Source: Yuukianura sp. NJ FZ-2021 (taxonomy: Eukaryota). Taken from it: DNA of 64,000 bases. The stretch covers positions 6,014,001 through 6,078,000 of the forward strand of contig CM102284.1 in the NCBI GenBank assembly GCA_046563655.1. The letters are read 5' to 3'. The translations under genes were made by a program, and so were the position numbers. Below, in pieces: positions 25,401-37,900 of the stretch (the stretch's first letter is position 1; the number at the start of each line of letters is the position of its first letter). The notes below the pieces were generated by a model, which worked only from the letters and a program-made list of their open reading frames with translations, made no database searches and was not told where the DNA came from.

Positions 25401-26444
25401 ATAACTATTATGTTATACATAACATACTATATAATATAGTATAAATATAGAGAATATGTAATTATGTTGTTTGCAAACCTGTAGAAGATGACGGAAGCAA
25501 ACTGATTGTCCCAACCAAAATGGAATTGCACGGAGTAATTACAATGGAAATGGATTCATTTTGTACTGAATTTATGAACAGAAATCTAAAAAAATATTCG
25601 AAAATCTTAACAAAAACTTACAACATTTTTTTTTTAAACTTTCCATTTCTAGTCTAGTTAAAATTCTATTTTCAAATACCTTCCGTTCATCCCCCTGTTC
25701 AAAAAAGCCGAAACCTGGCGTCCATCCGGCAGATACCGAATTCTTAAAAATCAAAATTTCATGTTTTTGTAAATCTTTCCAAATTTCAAAAAAGTTCAAT
25801 ACAAGAAAATCGAAATACTTTGTATTTCCACTCCTTTGTATTCAGACTGACCTTGTTCTGCCAGTATCCACCTCATGTGTAAAATCCTTCTCATCTAAAA
25901 TAGTCACATCATCCCAGGTCAACTGATGACCTTTGACCTCTTCCATCCTAACACCACTATCACTCTTTTGTTTTTTATTTAAGTTTTCACAGTTCAACTG
26001 CCTTTGCGATTTCATCCTGTTATCACATCCCCCGCCCCCAGTTCTTCTAGCATCTCTTCTATTGTTTTTCCACTGTGCATGACCACCACCAGCAGAAATA
26101 TTTCCAAACGGTTTTTCCAGTGCCTTTCGCCTACTTTCACCCATTGTTCTTCCGCTACTTTCACCACTCGCCCTCTGATCACTTCCCAGCATTCCTCCAC
26201 TTCTCGTCCGGTTCAAATCAGTTCTTTGGATTTGATCAACTGAGAAAAATGATAACAGGCCTGTTGTTACCGGCAAAGCGGAAAAGATGAGGACCGTCGT
26301 CACTGCCACAAACACTGCTCCAGAAAACAATGGAAATACTGCCGCAGTAGTTCTCGTTTTCCTATCTTCAGTTCCAAGTGGAACCCACCTGGAAAGAGAT
26401 CCAGCATCTGAAACAATGCCACTTTGAACAAACCAAACTGCCAT
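22490..26444 (-). CDS. NDNF: Neuron-derived neurotrophic factor-like protein (NDNF/Nord), FN3-type domains, multi-exon
   Basis: YFFIEITPCNS-type exon near 25480-25550, VKWDPSPVNPHRMTYCIVVNSRRDYNSLCGA, GCVRKKTSYIISDLQQGSLYYFNVFV, last exon IRGLRPSTAYVVQMIVKRHNGKSALSY...TSKCLDE* (stop 22490). Start codon tentative. Confidence 0.85.
23747..23997. repeat. Diverged two-copy tandem repeat (~134-bp period) in NDNF intron
   Basis: AGTT(A/G)GTTATGAT..AGTTAG...ACTTGATAAT.AGAAATTTTT...GAATTC.AATTATGATTT.GGAAGAA occurs at ~23747 and ~23881. Confidence 0.7.
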
Positions 26445-27460
26445 AGTTCTCACCAAACCTAAACAAGGTACAACTTAAAGTTATCCTGAGAGGTGATGAC
26501 ACAAAGACAATAGAACGATGACTAAAGAGGAAGAACAATGAGATGGATGGTGGTCTGGAGATGGTGGTCAAAATAACAATTCAATTTCAAATTGAAAATT
26601 GTTATTCACTTTTAGCCTCGCTCTGACGTTTCGAAGTTGCTAATTTAAAATTTAGACTCATCACGTTTTCATTTCTCTCCACTTAAGGACACGGAGCTCA
26701 CTTAATTTGACACGCCCATAAAATTAAGTTTGAGCCAAAGTTAGTTAAAAGTGTTTCACAAAGTTAATTAGCAAAAAGAGGTGTGAAGTGGTCACTTTTC
26801 GCTTAGTGCGAATCACGTCTTCACTAGATTCAATGTCAACAACAATTTACACTTTAAAGTTTCTGAAATTCAGACACACATTTTGTAGATGCAAAGATTA
26901 GCATTGGGTTTTGCACTTGATAGACTACAAATTAGATCGTGATTAATTTATATTTTAATTAAAAGTGAACCAAAATTGACTTTTCGAAAGCTAACAAAAT
27001 TTTTGAAAGTTAAGATTTTTGTTTTGATTTAACTTGTGCGTAGTGTTACCGTACAATGCGTTTTTGGCGGAGTTTCAACAGTGACTGACTCTTGACCTCA
27101 TGTGTATAAGCATGTCGTGTGCGTTTTTTTTTCAGGTGAAATTTCAAGAATTTTTTTGAAATTTTGGCAAAAGTCACGAAGGAAATGATGGTGTGCCGTG
27201 CCCAGCACAAAAAAGTGCGGACCATCCCCCTTCCCCTTGTGAAAAAGTTTCTTTTGTGTGAAAAAGAACAATGCTAATTTATTTGTAATTTACTGCCGTG
27301 TTGAGGCTCATCCTGTACATTTACTGTTCACATAATTTAAACATAAATTAACTTTTAACAAAAAATTCATTTAAAAAGAACATGAGGATGAGCGACAGTC
27401 GGATGATCATGGTATAATCACTCACGACATAAATTATTTACTTTAACTACCTACAACTAC

Positions 27461-27559
27461 ATATCTCACTTTCATCTCAAATTTTTAGAAAAAATGAAAA
27501 TTGCAATTACTTATCTCACCTTCATCTCAAAATTTCGAGAAACTGAAAATTGCAATAAC
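27461..27559. repeat. Two-copy tandem repeat (~50 bp)
   Basis: TATCTCAC(T/C)TTCATCTCAAA.TTT..GA.AA..TGAAAATTGCAAT repeated twice. Confidence 0.75.
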
Positions 27560-28358
27560 AACAACAATAAAATTCCAAAAATTACATGATTCTTGTTAAA
27601 GAAAACTTGTTTTGATTAATTGAGTAATTAATTGCAATTTTGATCAAACCTTAGATTTCATAATCAAAATTTTTTGAAGCACTCAAAATTTTTGAACAAA
27701 ATTATGCAAAATGTGAACAAATTTGTTAGATCTCCAACTTCCTTTTCTCTTGAATCCTGAGTGGTAATGCTAGAAAGCTCAAAGTTTTGCTGAACTTTAT
27801 GTCAGTCGTTTTCAAACAACATTTTGAAAACTGAATTTCAAAAAATTAAAACTGAAGTTTATTGTGATATAACCAGGAATTTATGGGGACAGGATTAAAA
27901 GCAATTGGTTTTGTGAAATGGAAATGAAAATACGTATTATGTTTACTTCAAAAATTCTTGAGGGTTGGATTTTCAAAACAGAATTTAAAAACAAATCCTG
28001 TTCAAACAAGCAGCTTGAGAATTGGTCTTTTGTTTCAGTTTCAGTTTTTAAAGCGTTTTGGGATTTGGACTCAAATGGTTATCGTCACAAGAGATTTGTT
28101 CAATAATTTCAAAATCCGTTTCTGTTTCTGTTTTTCTCCTCATAATTTTTATGGTAATGACAAAAGGAACATAAAAATTAAACACTTTTCAAATTCAGAA
28201 AGTCTAAAACATTTCAAAATTCGAAATTTCGGCTCTACTGTCAAAGGAACAGGAATACATTGCAGGATTTGTAACTGCAGACGAGTTTGTAAACAGAAAC
28301 GAATACATAAAAAAAGTATGCGAAGTGAAAGTTCACCTTTTCAAAAAATGAAGCAGTA

Positions 28359-28790
28359 CACAGTGGGGCAGAATCAAAAATAACGCGCCACCGTTGTTAG
28401 GGGAAACGTGAAGTTAAATTTTGCAATTACATTAAAAATGAATGCCAAAATCAGGATTTGCAAAGATCAAATCGTCCAAAAATGTCCATTACCTACAGAT
28501 AACCTGAATATCGTAATAAAAACTAGACAGCATCACGTACCAAGTCCGACCGCCACTTGGCGCCACTTTACCAATTTAGTATTTTTAACTGATTTTTGAA
28601 GTTGGTGAAAAATTTGGTGAATGGGGGGTCAGCTAGGTCACCACGCATAAAAATTGAAGGCGCATAGTGTTTTCAGTTGCTATGCCGATAGTTTAGCGAT
28701 TGTTTCGCCTCCATAATTGTGTATTTTTCAACACTTAATTTGTTTCCCCCGAAACGCTTGTCGTTGTTTGTATGAATCGACCCCACTGTG
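28359..28790. mobile_element. Non-autonomous DNA transposon (MITE), Transib-like
   Basis: Termini CACAGTGGGG ... CCCCACTGTG, degenerate TIR similarity extending ~50 bp to GGGGAAAC, flanked by identical 5-bp CAGTA (28354-28358 and 28791-28795). Confidence 0.88.
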
Positions 28791-28861
28791 CAGTAGAGTA
28801 AAATCGCTTTTTCTGAAAAATATGAAAATGTGATTTAAAAAAATCCCCCCTCTCTCCTTCT

Positions 28862-29594
28862 ATGGACATTTTCACCCTGTTTGAAAACGCTACCGCAACT
28901 GTCTATGCTATTGTAAGTTTCCTGAAATTTGTCTTATCACTTTCACTTTCTGTATCGTCTTTCTTTGAAAAACAAAAGTTAAGGTCAAAGGTCAACTTTT
29001 TCTTAATTTTTAACCAGATTTTGGAGTATGTACGCGTTTTCGGTTTTTCTGTTGGGCCAGCCCTGCTGTTCTCCAGCTTGAATCTGCTGATCCACTTAGG
29101 CAGTCTGCCGCCCTTCACCAACCCCTTCATCTACCTTGGCCTTCTGACCATCATTTCCTGCTACATCTTTGACGAGGAAGGCCCCGATGGATTCTTCGTG
29201 AGCCCAGGTCACTCTCGAGACAAGGCCCTTCGATTCCTGGCCATTAAAGTACTGGAACTGAGTGCGGATGGACTTGCTACAAGTATCACTGGAAGTACTG
29301 GTGGGGGTGGATTTAAAGATGGGCATGTGAAACAGGATCCACTACATGACCTCGACGTCATCAGTTCCTTCTACTATGTCTTCGCACTCTCGGTCATGTC
29401 AGTGAGCTTCATACGTGGCCGTAAGTCAATTTAACAATCAATACCGTCTCTTTTTCAAAATTTCAAAAAATAGTGTCAAAACTGCTATTTTGATTTGATT
29501 TTGAGCGTTTCCAGTCGTCATTTTTCCGATGAGTGCCACAACACTTGTACGTGCTGGAGGAAGATGGACTGCTTGGGCACCATTTGATCGCTGA
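28862..29594 (+). CDS. Uncharacterised multi-pass membrane protein, 3' exons (5' exons probably at ~27.4-28.3 kb, unresolved)
   Basis: MDIFTLFENATATVYAI|GTAAGT, exon ILEYVRVFGFSVGPALLFSSLNLLIHLG...YYVFALSVMSVSFIRG, then in-frame exon LVIFPMSATTLVRAGGRWTAWAPFDR*; GC-richer than flanks, hydrophobic segments. Confidence 0.6.
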
Positions 29595-32500
29595 AAAACA
29601 ATCGCTTCAAAATTCTGCGTAACCCAAATAGTTTTCATTTTCAGTGAATTGGAGACTGCTCGAGAATCAATAAATTTTACAAAAAAAAAAACTAAAATTT
29701 TGGGAAAATTTGAAAATTTGGAAAGAAAAATTGACAAATTGTAAATCCTGCGTAGTGCAGCATGTCACATAACATTTTTAAGTGGAACTTCAGTGTAGGT
29801 TTATGCCCTTAATTGACCTAACTGCACTCCAATGTCCCATAAAGTCAATCTCAATTCCAAATCTCAAAAATGTTCACGGAAGGAGCATAACATTGTAGCT
29901 GTTCCAGAATACCCGGGTAGCTTTTGGCGTTGGCTCGTGAAGATGAATATGTAAAATGTATATAAATCCCCTATCTCCTATTACCCCACCCTCCTTTTGT
30001 TGTTATTAATAACAGAATTCAGTTGCGTCATCTCCACTGTGCCTCTTTCTGGAAATCAGGCGGGTAAAAGGAAAGCATCCTCCCTGGAATTGCTCCAAAC
30101 CCAAATGATTCCAATTTGTCTCTGTCTCCTTTAGTCAAACATACATTGGGACACTACTGGGAACACTTCCCTTTGCTCCACTTTTAATTGCTCAAATGCC
30201 AAAATGAAAAAGTGGCAAAGTGGCTGGGATGGACGTGGACGGGATTCTAATATCTTCATCATCCACCATTCCCTAAAACTGAGCTAAACAGTGGAAGTGG
30301 CAGAGATTTTACAATTTATTTTAAAACAAAACATAGGCAGAGGATGAGAAAAGGGTTTTGCCTATAGGCTCATCTCATCTCCCTCAAATTCCATTTTTTT
30401 AAAAGAACAAATTATCATTTGTTTCCTTGATTTTCCATTTTACCACAAAACCACTTCTGTCAGACTATTTAGGCTAAAATCTCAATTAATTCAAATACCA
30501 ACAACCACTAGAGGAAAGTAGACACTACAACACAAAAGGAACGACGATGATGGATTTGAGCTTTTAGCGGTCTATCAGAACCGAATGTTTTCGGAGATTT
30601 GACCAAAATCATGCGGGTTTTGATTTTGACCAAAAATTTTCAAAATTTGAATTTTCAGAAGTGTGCTTCATTAAAAGTCAGTGGAATTTCACTGGAGAAA
30701 GCATCAGTAGTGGCGTCCCCCAAATTATTGAAAATCAAAAATTTGGCAAATTGAAAATTTGGTGCTGTTTTTAAGTAAAATTAAGAAAAGTGAGGAGCAA
30801 CTTCAAGAAATTAGAACAAATCGGTAGAAGATAATCGGTGTACTTTTGGAAATGAATTCGCTTGAGCAGTTGAAGAATCCGAATGGACCAGGATGCTGGA
30901 AATCTCGTGGGACTAGGAGTAGTTTTTGGATTAAAATTTCCGAGGGGAGATATTTTGTGTTTTTTGAGGGGAAAGGAGAGAGTCGTGTCTTTGCTTCTCT
31001 TCTTCTTTTAAATCTCACACGCGTAATGACTGGAGTGTTCCAAATAATGCAAATGTCTTCTCAGAAACTAAAATAGGAACTTTCTCTTGGAAGACATTTC
31101 AAAGGAAGAAGAAGGCTCTGGTTAGTTACCAACGCAGAAAGACAAAGGACTCTGTCACAATGACTTTCACCTTACTTTCCTCGTGTACAGTGTTGTCATG
31201 GCAACTTGGACTTAACTTTCGCTTCAATTCTTTCTAAATGTTCAAAATCTAAGAGAAAGCTAAACCATGACGTATTGCTGCCTCGCACTACACAGAAAAT
31301 TAATACAAATTAAAAATACATTTTAATGAAACTAAAATATTTGGCAGAAAAACGGACCCGACCTACGTCATGTTGTGAATATGTGTTTTGTGATTGGTTG
31401 GAATTTTGTGATTAGCAAGTATGAAGTTTGAGTGGGTGAAAGTTAAGAAAGTGTGTGGAAAAGAAAGGCGGAGTTATTGATTGATCTGGAGGCAGAAATT
31501 AAGAAAATGAGGGGAAAGATGAAGAAGAAAGTGCACGAGAACATAGCTTCTGTCTCTTTCCGAATTAATAATATCACGTATGCTTTCCCCCTCAAAATCC
31601 ATAGAGTTACTCTTAGGTTTCCATGCTAAAAGTTACTCAAAGTTCTATGCACAATGTAAGGAAACCTCCCTTCCTCTTATCTAAAATTACACAGAGTCAA
31701 CCATCATATAAACTTTCACTTTCCCAGTCATCTCTCACTAGTTTAAGGCCAACTTTCTCAGCCTCACTTTCAGTTCCAATTTTAGACAACGCGTCTTTTC
31801 TGTCTCCAAGAATCACGACTCATCCTAAGCGCCAAGAACAAGAAACATTAAAATCACTTCAACTTTGCCTTGACCTTGACCTGAGAAAGTGAGGTCAAGG
31901 TCATAAACTTTTCAGAATTTTTCAAAGTCAAAGTACTATTTTGGTTTTCTTCTTTTTTTAAAATTTTGGCCCGACGCAGTGGTTTTGGTTTTCTTAAAAG
32001 TAGTTTTACGGTACTTGCTCAGGGCCTAATTTCCGTCTTCCTTTTAAACACACAGGGAGATGAGAATTTAAATGATGAGAACTTGACTTTCTTCGGCACA
32101 ACGAAAGGACTATGTACTTTCTCCTTGAGAATGAGAATTTGTGTAGAAAGTGGTGGGGGCCCTGTGACAACCCTTGGAGGGGGCAGTGTCCCTCAGAAGT
32201 ACCCCCACTCTCACTCCAGTGCTCACATTCCATGACGAAATTAAATGCTCTTAGGCAAAACGTAAATCTCTCCATAATTGGAATTTAGATTACTGGAGAG
32301 GGAAGGCGAATGAGGGGGGAAGGGGAAGTGTGGCGAGGCGAGAGAAAGCAAACAACTGAACTACTCACAGTCCATAACTCAGGAAAGTTACACAGATCAA
32401 CTCACTTTCGCCTCTCCTTTCTCTTACTTAACCCTACACATCAAAGGAACAAACTTCAAAAATCATTTCTAAGGAATATACACTCAAATACTATGGCCTA

Positions 32501-34923
32501 ACCTAAAGCTAACTATAACTTAACCTAATATCACGACCTAAAGGCACCTAACTTAGATTAGACTGTGTTTTCATCAAAAGCTTCATTATTTTTTCACATT
32601 TTCACTGAAAAACATCCAAATTTCAAAATTTAAGAAAATTTTGAAGTTTACCAAAGAATGAAAGAAAGTGTGTTAAGCAAGTAAGGAAGATCCGAATTTT
32701 TATGGAATCAAACGTAACTGAATTTTTGTTATAAAAATGTTTCTTGAGTTAAATTTGGTTGTAAGGCCTCACGCAATTGAAATTTTACAAAATTCGAGAA
32801 GCGTAAGCTTAACATTTTGAGTAAAAGCGTTTGAACATGGATGTGATGTGATGTCTTTGGAGACTTGGATCGTCCAAGAAGTTTGTTCGTATTGTACTCT
32901 GCGTAGTCTAGTTAGTTCGTAGCTTTCCTTTGTTTGGAATTAATGATCTTTGGAGAAAGTCTTGAAGACTTGGATTAGTATGCATGTGGTACTGGAGGAG
33001 AAAGTGGAGGTTCATTCTTCCTCGGGTTGCTTAATCGTATATTGCTCCCACAGCTTCCTTCTAAGTTGTACTAGTAGTACAGGGTCCAGCATCTTCCAGA
33101 ATACTGGATCCACCATACCCACACATCTTCCTTTTCTTCCTCATCAACTTCCTTCAGTCTCTTCCTCCACTTTACATACATTAAGGAGAGCTACCTTCTC
33201 AACTTTCTTCCACTTTCAACAAGAAACATTATCCTCCTATGGCTCTGATGTGTACATCCAAAAATTAAGAACTCTGGTGCAGAGTTCTTCTGCTGCGGAG
33301 GCAGAATTTCACGTCTTTTCACTGGATCTGTCATAAAGAAAACAAACTTTCGTCGAGCCCACAAACTACGGTCGCTACTGTAAATTAAAATGGAAAAATT
33401 ATGCATGGTGGAGGAGAAAGCGTAAAGAGAAAGTGGCAAAAGGAAAAAATTATCAAAATATTTTTACTTTCTCCACCAAAAAATTTCTACTTTGTTTTCT
33501 TTTTTAGTTTTGACAAAATTTTGAACTCGGCAATTCTTTCATACCGTCGATGTGAGTGTGGCTCTCAAAATTTGAAAATTGTCAGCTTACTTTCATTTGT
33601 CTGTTTTTTTTTGTTATTGTAGTTTTTTCAGTTCTGTTTTTTGAAAAACTAATCCCCGGTGTTTCGAGTACTGAAATTCATTTCTCTTTGCTTTCTCTCA
33701 CAATTTTTAATAAATATTACCTTGTAAAGTTATAATTTGACAGAGGAATCTGAACTCGAAAGAGGAGGTTATCAATTAAGCTAAACAGAGGATGAAAAAA
33801 GTAGTGTTAAATTTTTAGAAAAACTTGAAATTTTATTGATTTTTCATACACTTTCTTAATCTAAGACTCGCGTAACATGCAATTATTTCTTCCTAACTTT
33901 CTCCTAAAAAATTATAACCTAACATAACTAAAAAGAGAAAAACGTTGATGTATTCTTGTCGTGCATTTTGAGAACTTAATGTCAAAAGTGTTGGTTTGCC
34001 TATGGTATAAGGTTGAATTGAATTTATTATGAAGAAATTATAACAGAAAAAGGCAACATCACATAATAATTGTCGTACAATCATTTTCTCCTGCTTTTTT
34101 CTAATAATCTAAAACACTTAATACCTAGAGTTGTCTAATTACAAAATAGTCCAATAGTCTAAATTTTATTGATTTTAAATTCAAATTGAACGTTTTGGGT
34201 ATTTTTTTTTTCTTCCTTTTTTCTTGAAATTTTGGTTCTATATAATTATTCCATAAAGGACGCACTCAGTTTTTAGCTTTTTTCAAAAAATTCGTATACT
34301 TTCAATTATTGTTTAGAATTTTTGCATTTTTTGACAAGAGGTAGTCGGTTTCCTTTTCCAGTGTTAATTTCAATTAACTGGAATATTTTAGTTCCACAAA
34401 ATGAGACCCGCCTTAATTTTGAAAGTGTTTAGCATAAACGTTAATTTTAACTAGTCCAATTAAGTTTAGATTTAGTTCTAAGTTAAAGTTAATCACAAAA
34501 CTTTTAGAATTTTAGAGGGTGAGATTTTAGATGCTAAAATTGTAATGTTAAAGTCATTTTTCGTATACATGATTTCATGAGGTCAGAGGTTGAAGACGTG
34601 TCAATTCGTATACTTTCATTGGCCACAGTTGCTTTTTCAATTGGTTTAGTTACTACCACTGTCACGCACGCGCCCAGAGTTTAGCCTAACTCAACTAATT
34701 AAACTAACTTTAATTAACTAACTTAATTAGCCTAAATAAGTATTCAGCTTAACTGATTTCTTACAAACTAATTCAGGGTGAAAGTTTGGGCAGAAGTTAA
34801 ACGGCATGATAAGATCGAAGATGTAAATTGCAACTATAAGAACCTAACTTAATTTCAGTTAAGTTTAACCTTAACTATAATTAGGTCAGCTTTTTTTTCT
34901 AAATTAAGGTTAGCTCAACTAAC

Positions 34924-37900
34924 TTATTTCTCACTCGGTCCGTTATGATGAACTCTCCTATGTGAATTAGTGAGTATATGATGGGGATGATGCGGAGGGA
35001 GGATGTGGGACAGAGCAGCATTTGCGGCAGCCACCGACGAAAACGGAAACGGGGGCGGGTAGTCTCCGAAAATTCCCGCAATAGAAAACGGGTTGAAGCC
35101 CGGAGGCATGACATCGCCCAGGGGGGCATTCGATTCTGGACTGCTGTGATGACGGGTCAACCGAATTGGCTCTGGTGACCCCACGCCACTTAACCCTTGA
35201 CCTAGAAGGTTAGTCAGGCTTAAGTTGCCTTGGGGAGCGCTTGGGGGTGGAGATCCTCCTACCCCACTTTTACCTTTTGACCCCTTTGGGGTGATTGTAT
35301 TGTTGTTGTTGTTATGTGGTGGGGTGGCGTTATTGGAAGATGGAGAGCTACCTGGTGACGTTGAGCCACGACCTGTGGAAGGTTGTTGACCTTTGGACTT
35401 CGATCCAGCATTTTTTGATGCTGCGGCAGCAGCAGCGCTGTTTTCCAGGGCCATGTCAACTCCTTTTTTGAGAACGTCCAAATGCAACGATTTTCCGTAT
35501 TTCCCACGCACGTACATTAGCAAACTGTTGTAAGGAATGCCAAATATCCTGGAAGCCTGAATATAAATTCAAAAAATTTTTAAAATCAAAATTTCGGAAA
35601 TTTTTTTTTGAAAATATTACTTGTGAAGTCGTCATTTTCTTATTCCAGACATTATGCAGAGCTTCCGTGAGATCAGCATTGCTCCAAGCTCTTGGCGGTC
35701 CACCGCGTGGGGCACTGTGTTGAGCTCTATGTCTTCCGAAAATCGGAGCTGGGCCAAGCGCCAGTCCCGCCCACGTCTGAGCCCCACCAGCCCCACTATC
35801 ACCATTCCGCTGTTTCTTGGCTGAGCCACCCCCAGAACTACTCGGTGGGGTCACAGCCGATGCTCCCAGGGGTGGGGACGAAGTGTGGGGTGGTGGGGTT
35901 GAACATGGATCGGCATTATTGCTTTCTGAGTCGGAGTTGTGTTGGTGGGGCAGTGGTGGGAGGAAGCCATTCCCGTTGGGGTTGATATTGAAGTTCAATA
36001 AGAAGGATGATGGCGAAGGGGGTGAGCCCTTGAAGGATCCATTGAAATTTGGTCCTGTGCTGAAGCTACGCTTTGAGCGACCTTTGACCTCCAGTTGACC
36101 TCTGAAATTATCTGGGGGTGAAACTGACTCTGGTTCGAGTGGAGATATGCCTTCAAATTCTGATTCCGTTTTGACCTGCTGAAATTTCAAACGGGGTGGT
36201 GAAAAACAGGGGGTTGAAAACAACTTATGTTGTGGATTAACGTAAAGTTAAAGTTAGTTAGGTTAATTATGTTACAACTAATTACTTACAGGAGAGCGTC
36301 GGTGAAGCATTGGGGGTGGCGGTGGGGTGAGTGAATTCTGTGCCAAAGGCGGGAAAAGCCAATTTCTTGAAAAATGTTGACTTTTCATCCCCATTTCAAC
36401 CCCCTCCAAAAACTTTTCCAACCCCTTCGCTTCCTGTTTCACTTCGGCTGCAGAACATCGACGATTGTGGTGGCTGATTGTAAAGTCCAAAACAGTTTCA
36501 TCCTCACGATCGTCCTCTTCCCGACTATTTCTGAGTTTGGATCCACCGAAATGAAAGCCACCAAATGGTGGGTCGGTGGGGCCAAAGAAGCCATGACCTT
36601 CCTGTGGTGGAACTGGTGGGGTCAATCGGAGATCTTGAGCCACAAAGTCTCCTGATCTTCGTCTCGGCCGTGCCTGTTACAACGATTAACAAAACCTTTA
36701 GAATTGAGGGGAAAGTCCTTTTAGATTTTGGATTTGAAGTGGTTGTTCATTGAGTCGAAAAGGAAAGGATTAAGTTTAGATGCTACTTCTATGCTTGCTC
36801 TTCTGTTGAAAGTCAATTAGCATTTTGTTGTGCTTGGAAATCCAGAAGCAAAGGCTTTCCAGGAAGACAAATAAAGTCCATTATGCCAACATAGCTTTTC
36901 ACTTTAACATTTTAGCGAGAATACATTAGTTAAGGTACTGTCACACTAAAAAATTAGGCCAAAGTTACAATTTAAAAATTCTGGAAATTTTTCTTTAACT
37001 TCATACACTCGTTGGTTTTAGTAGGCAAAGCTTAGGTCAGCATCGATTTTGAAAATTTTTTTAAGCTGTTCAAATCGTAGTTTTCAAAAAATTGGTTTTT
37101 TCGAATTTCATCTTCCACCTTTATCAATTAAGTATCTGAGGGCTTTATTCCAATTTTGCACAGAAAATGTGCTGGAAATTTTTTGAGCGATTGTAAAGTT
37201 GTGAAAACTTTCTCTTTGCAATAGTTTTTGAAAACTTTTTTTTTGGTTTTTTGGAAACTCTTACCTGCTTTCTCCTGGGGAAAGGTGGAGATGATGATGC
37301 TGTTGTCTGTTGTTGAGTGAATGGTGGTGGAGGCTGAGAGGGTTGATGAAGATGCTGATGCTGGTGGTGGATAGGAAATCCAGGGCGGTGGGCTCTTGTG
37401 GTTTGTGGTCCATTTCTCACTTCTTCTCCACCATTTGCAGACGGGCAACGCCCAGTACTTAATGACAAATTCAAAAGTCCCCCTGGTGACCCTTGACCTC
37501 CCTTATCTTTCACCTCTTCATTTTGACAACTTTGGTGGAGATTTGGAAGCTGTGGTGGACTTTCTCCACTTGAAACTCTCTCCAAACACTCTGCAACGCC
37601 ACGAATCTGTAACAACCACAAAACTTACAATCAACATTCACGAAAATTTTAAATTAAAAAACAGATTTTCTAAGCTCGGATTTCAATGTTTAGTTAAACT
37701 TTGACCGGATAAAACGATATCTTTCACCTCAGCGTGAGTAAACAAAAGTTCATTTCCGTTTGGATTGAGAACAAGAAAGGAAAAGGTTTCGGGTGTTTAT
37801 ATGCTCAAGGATCCAGAAATTGAGTGCTAAGTTTTGAATTCCTGAGTCCTAATCCCGCCCGCGTTCAGGATAGTACCGGGAAGTGCCAAAAGTGAAAGTA

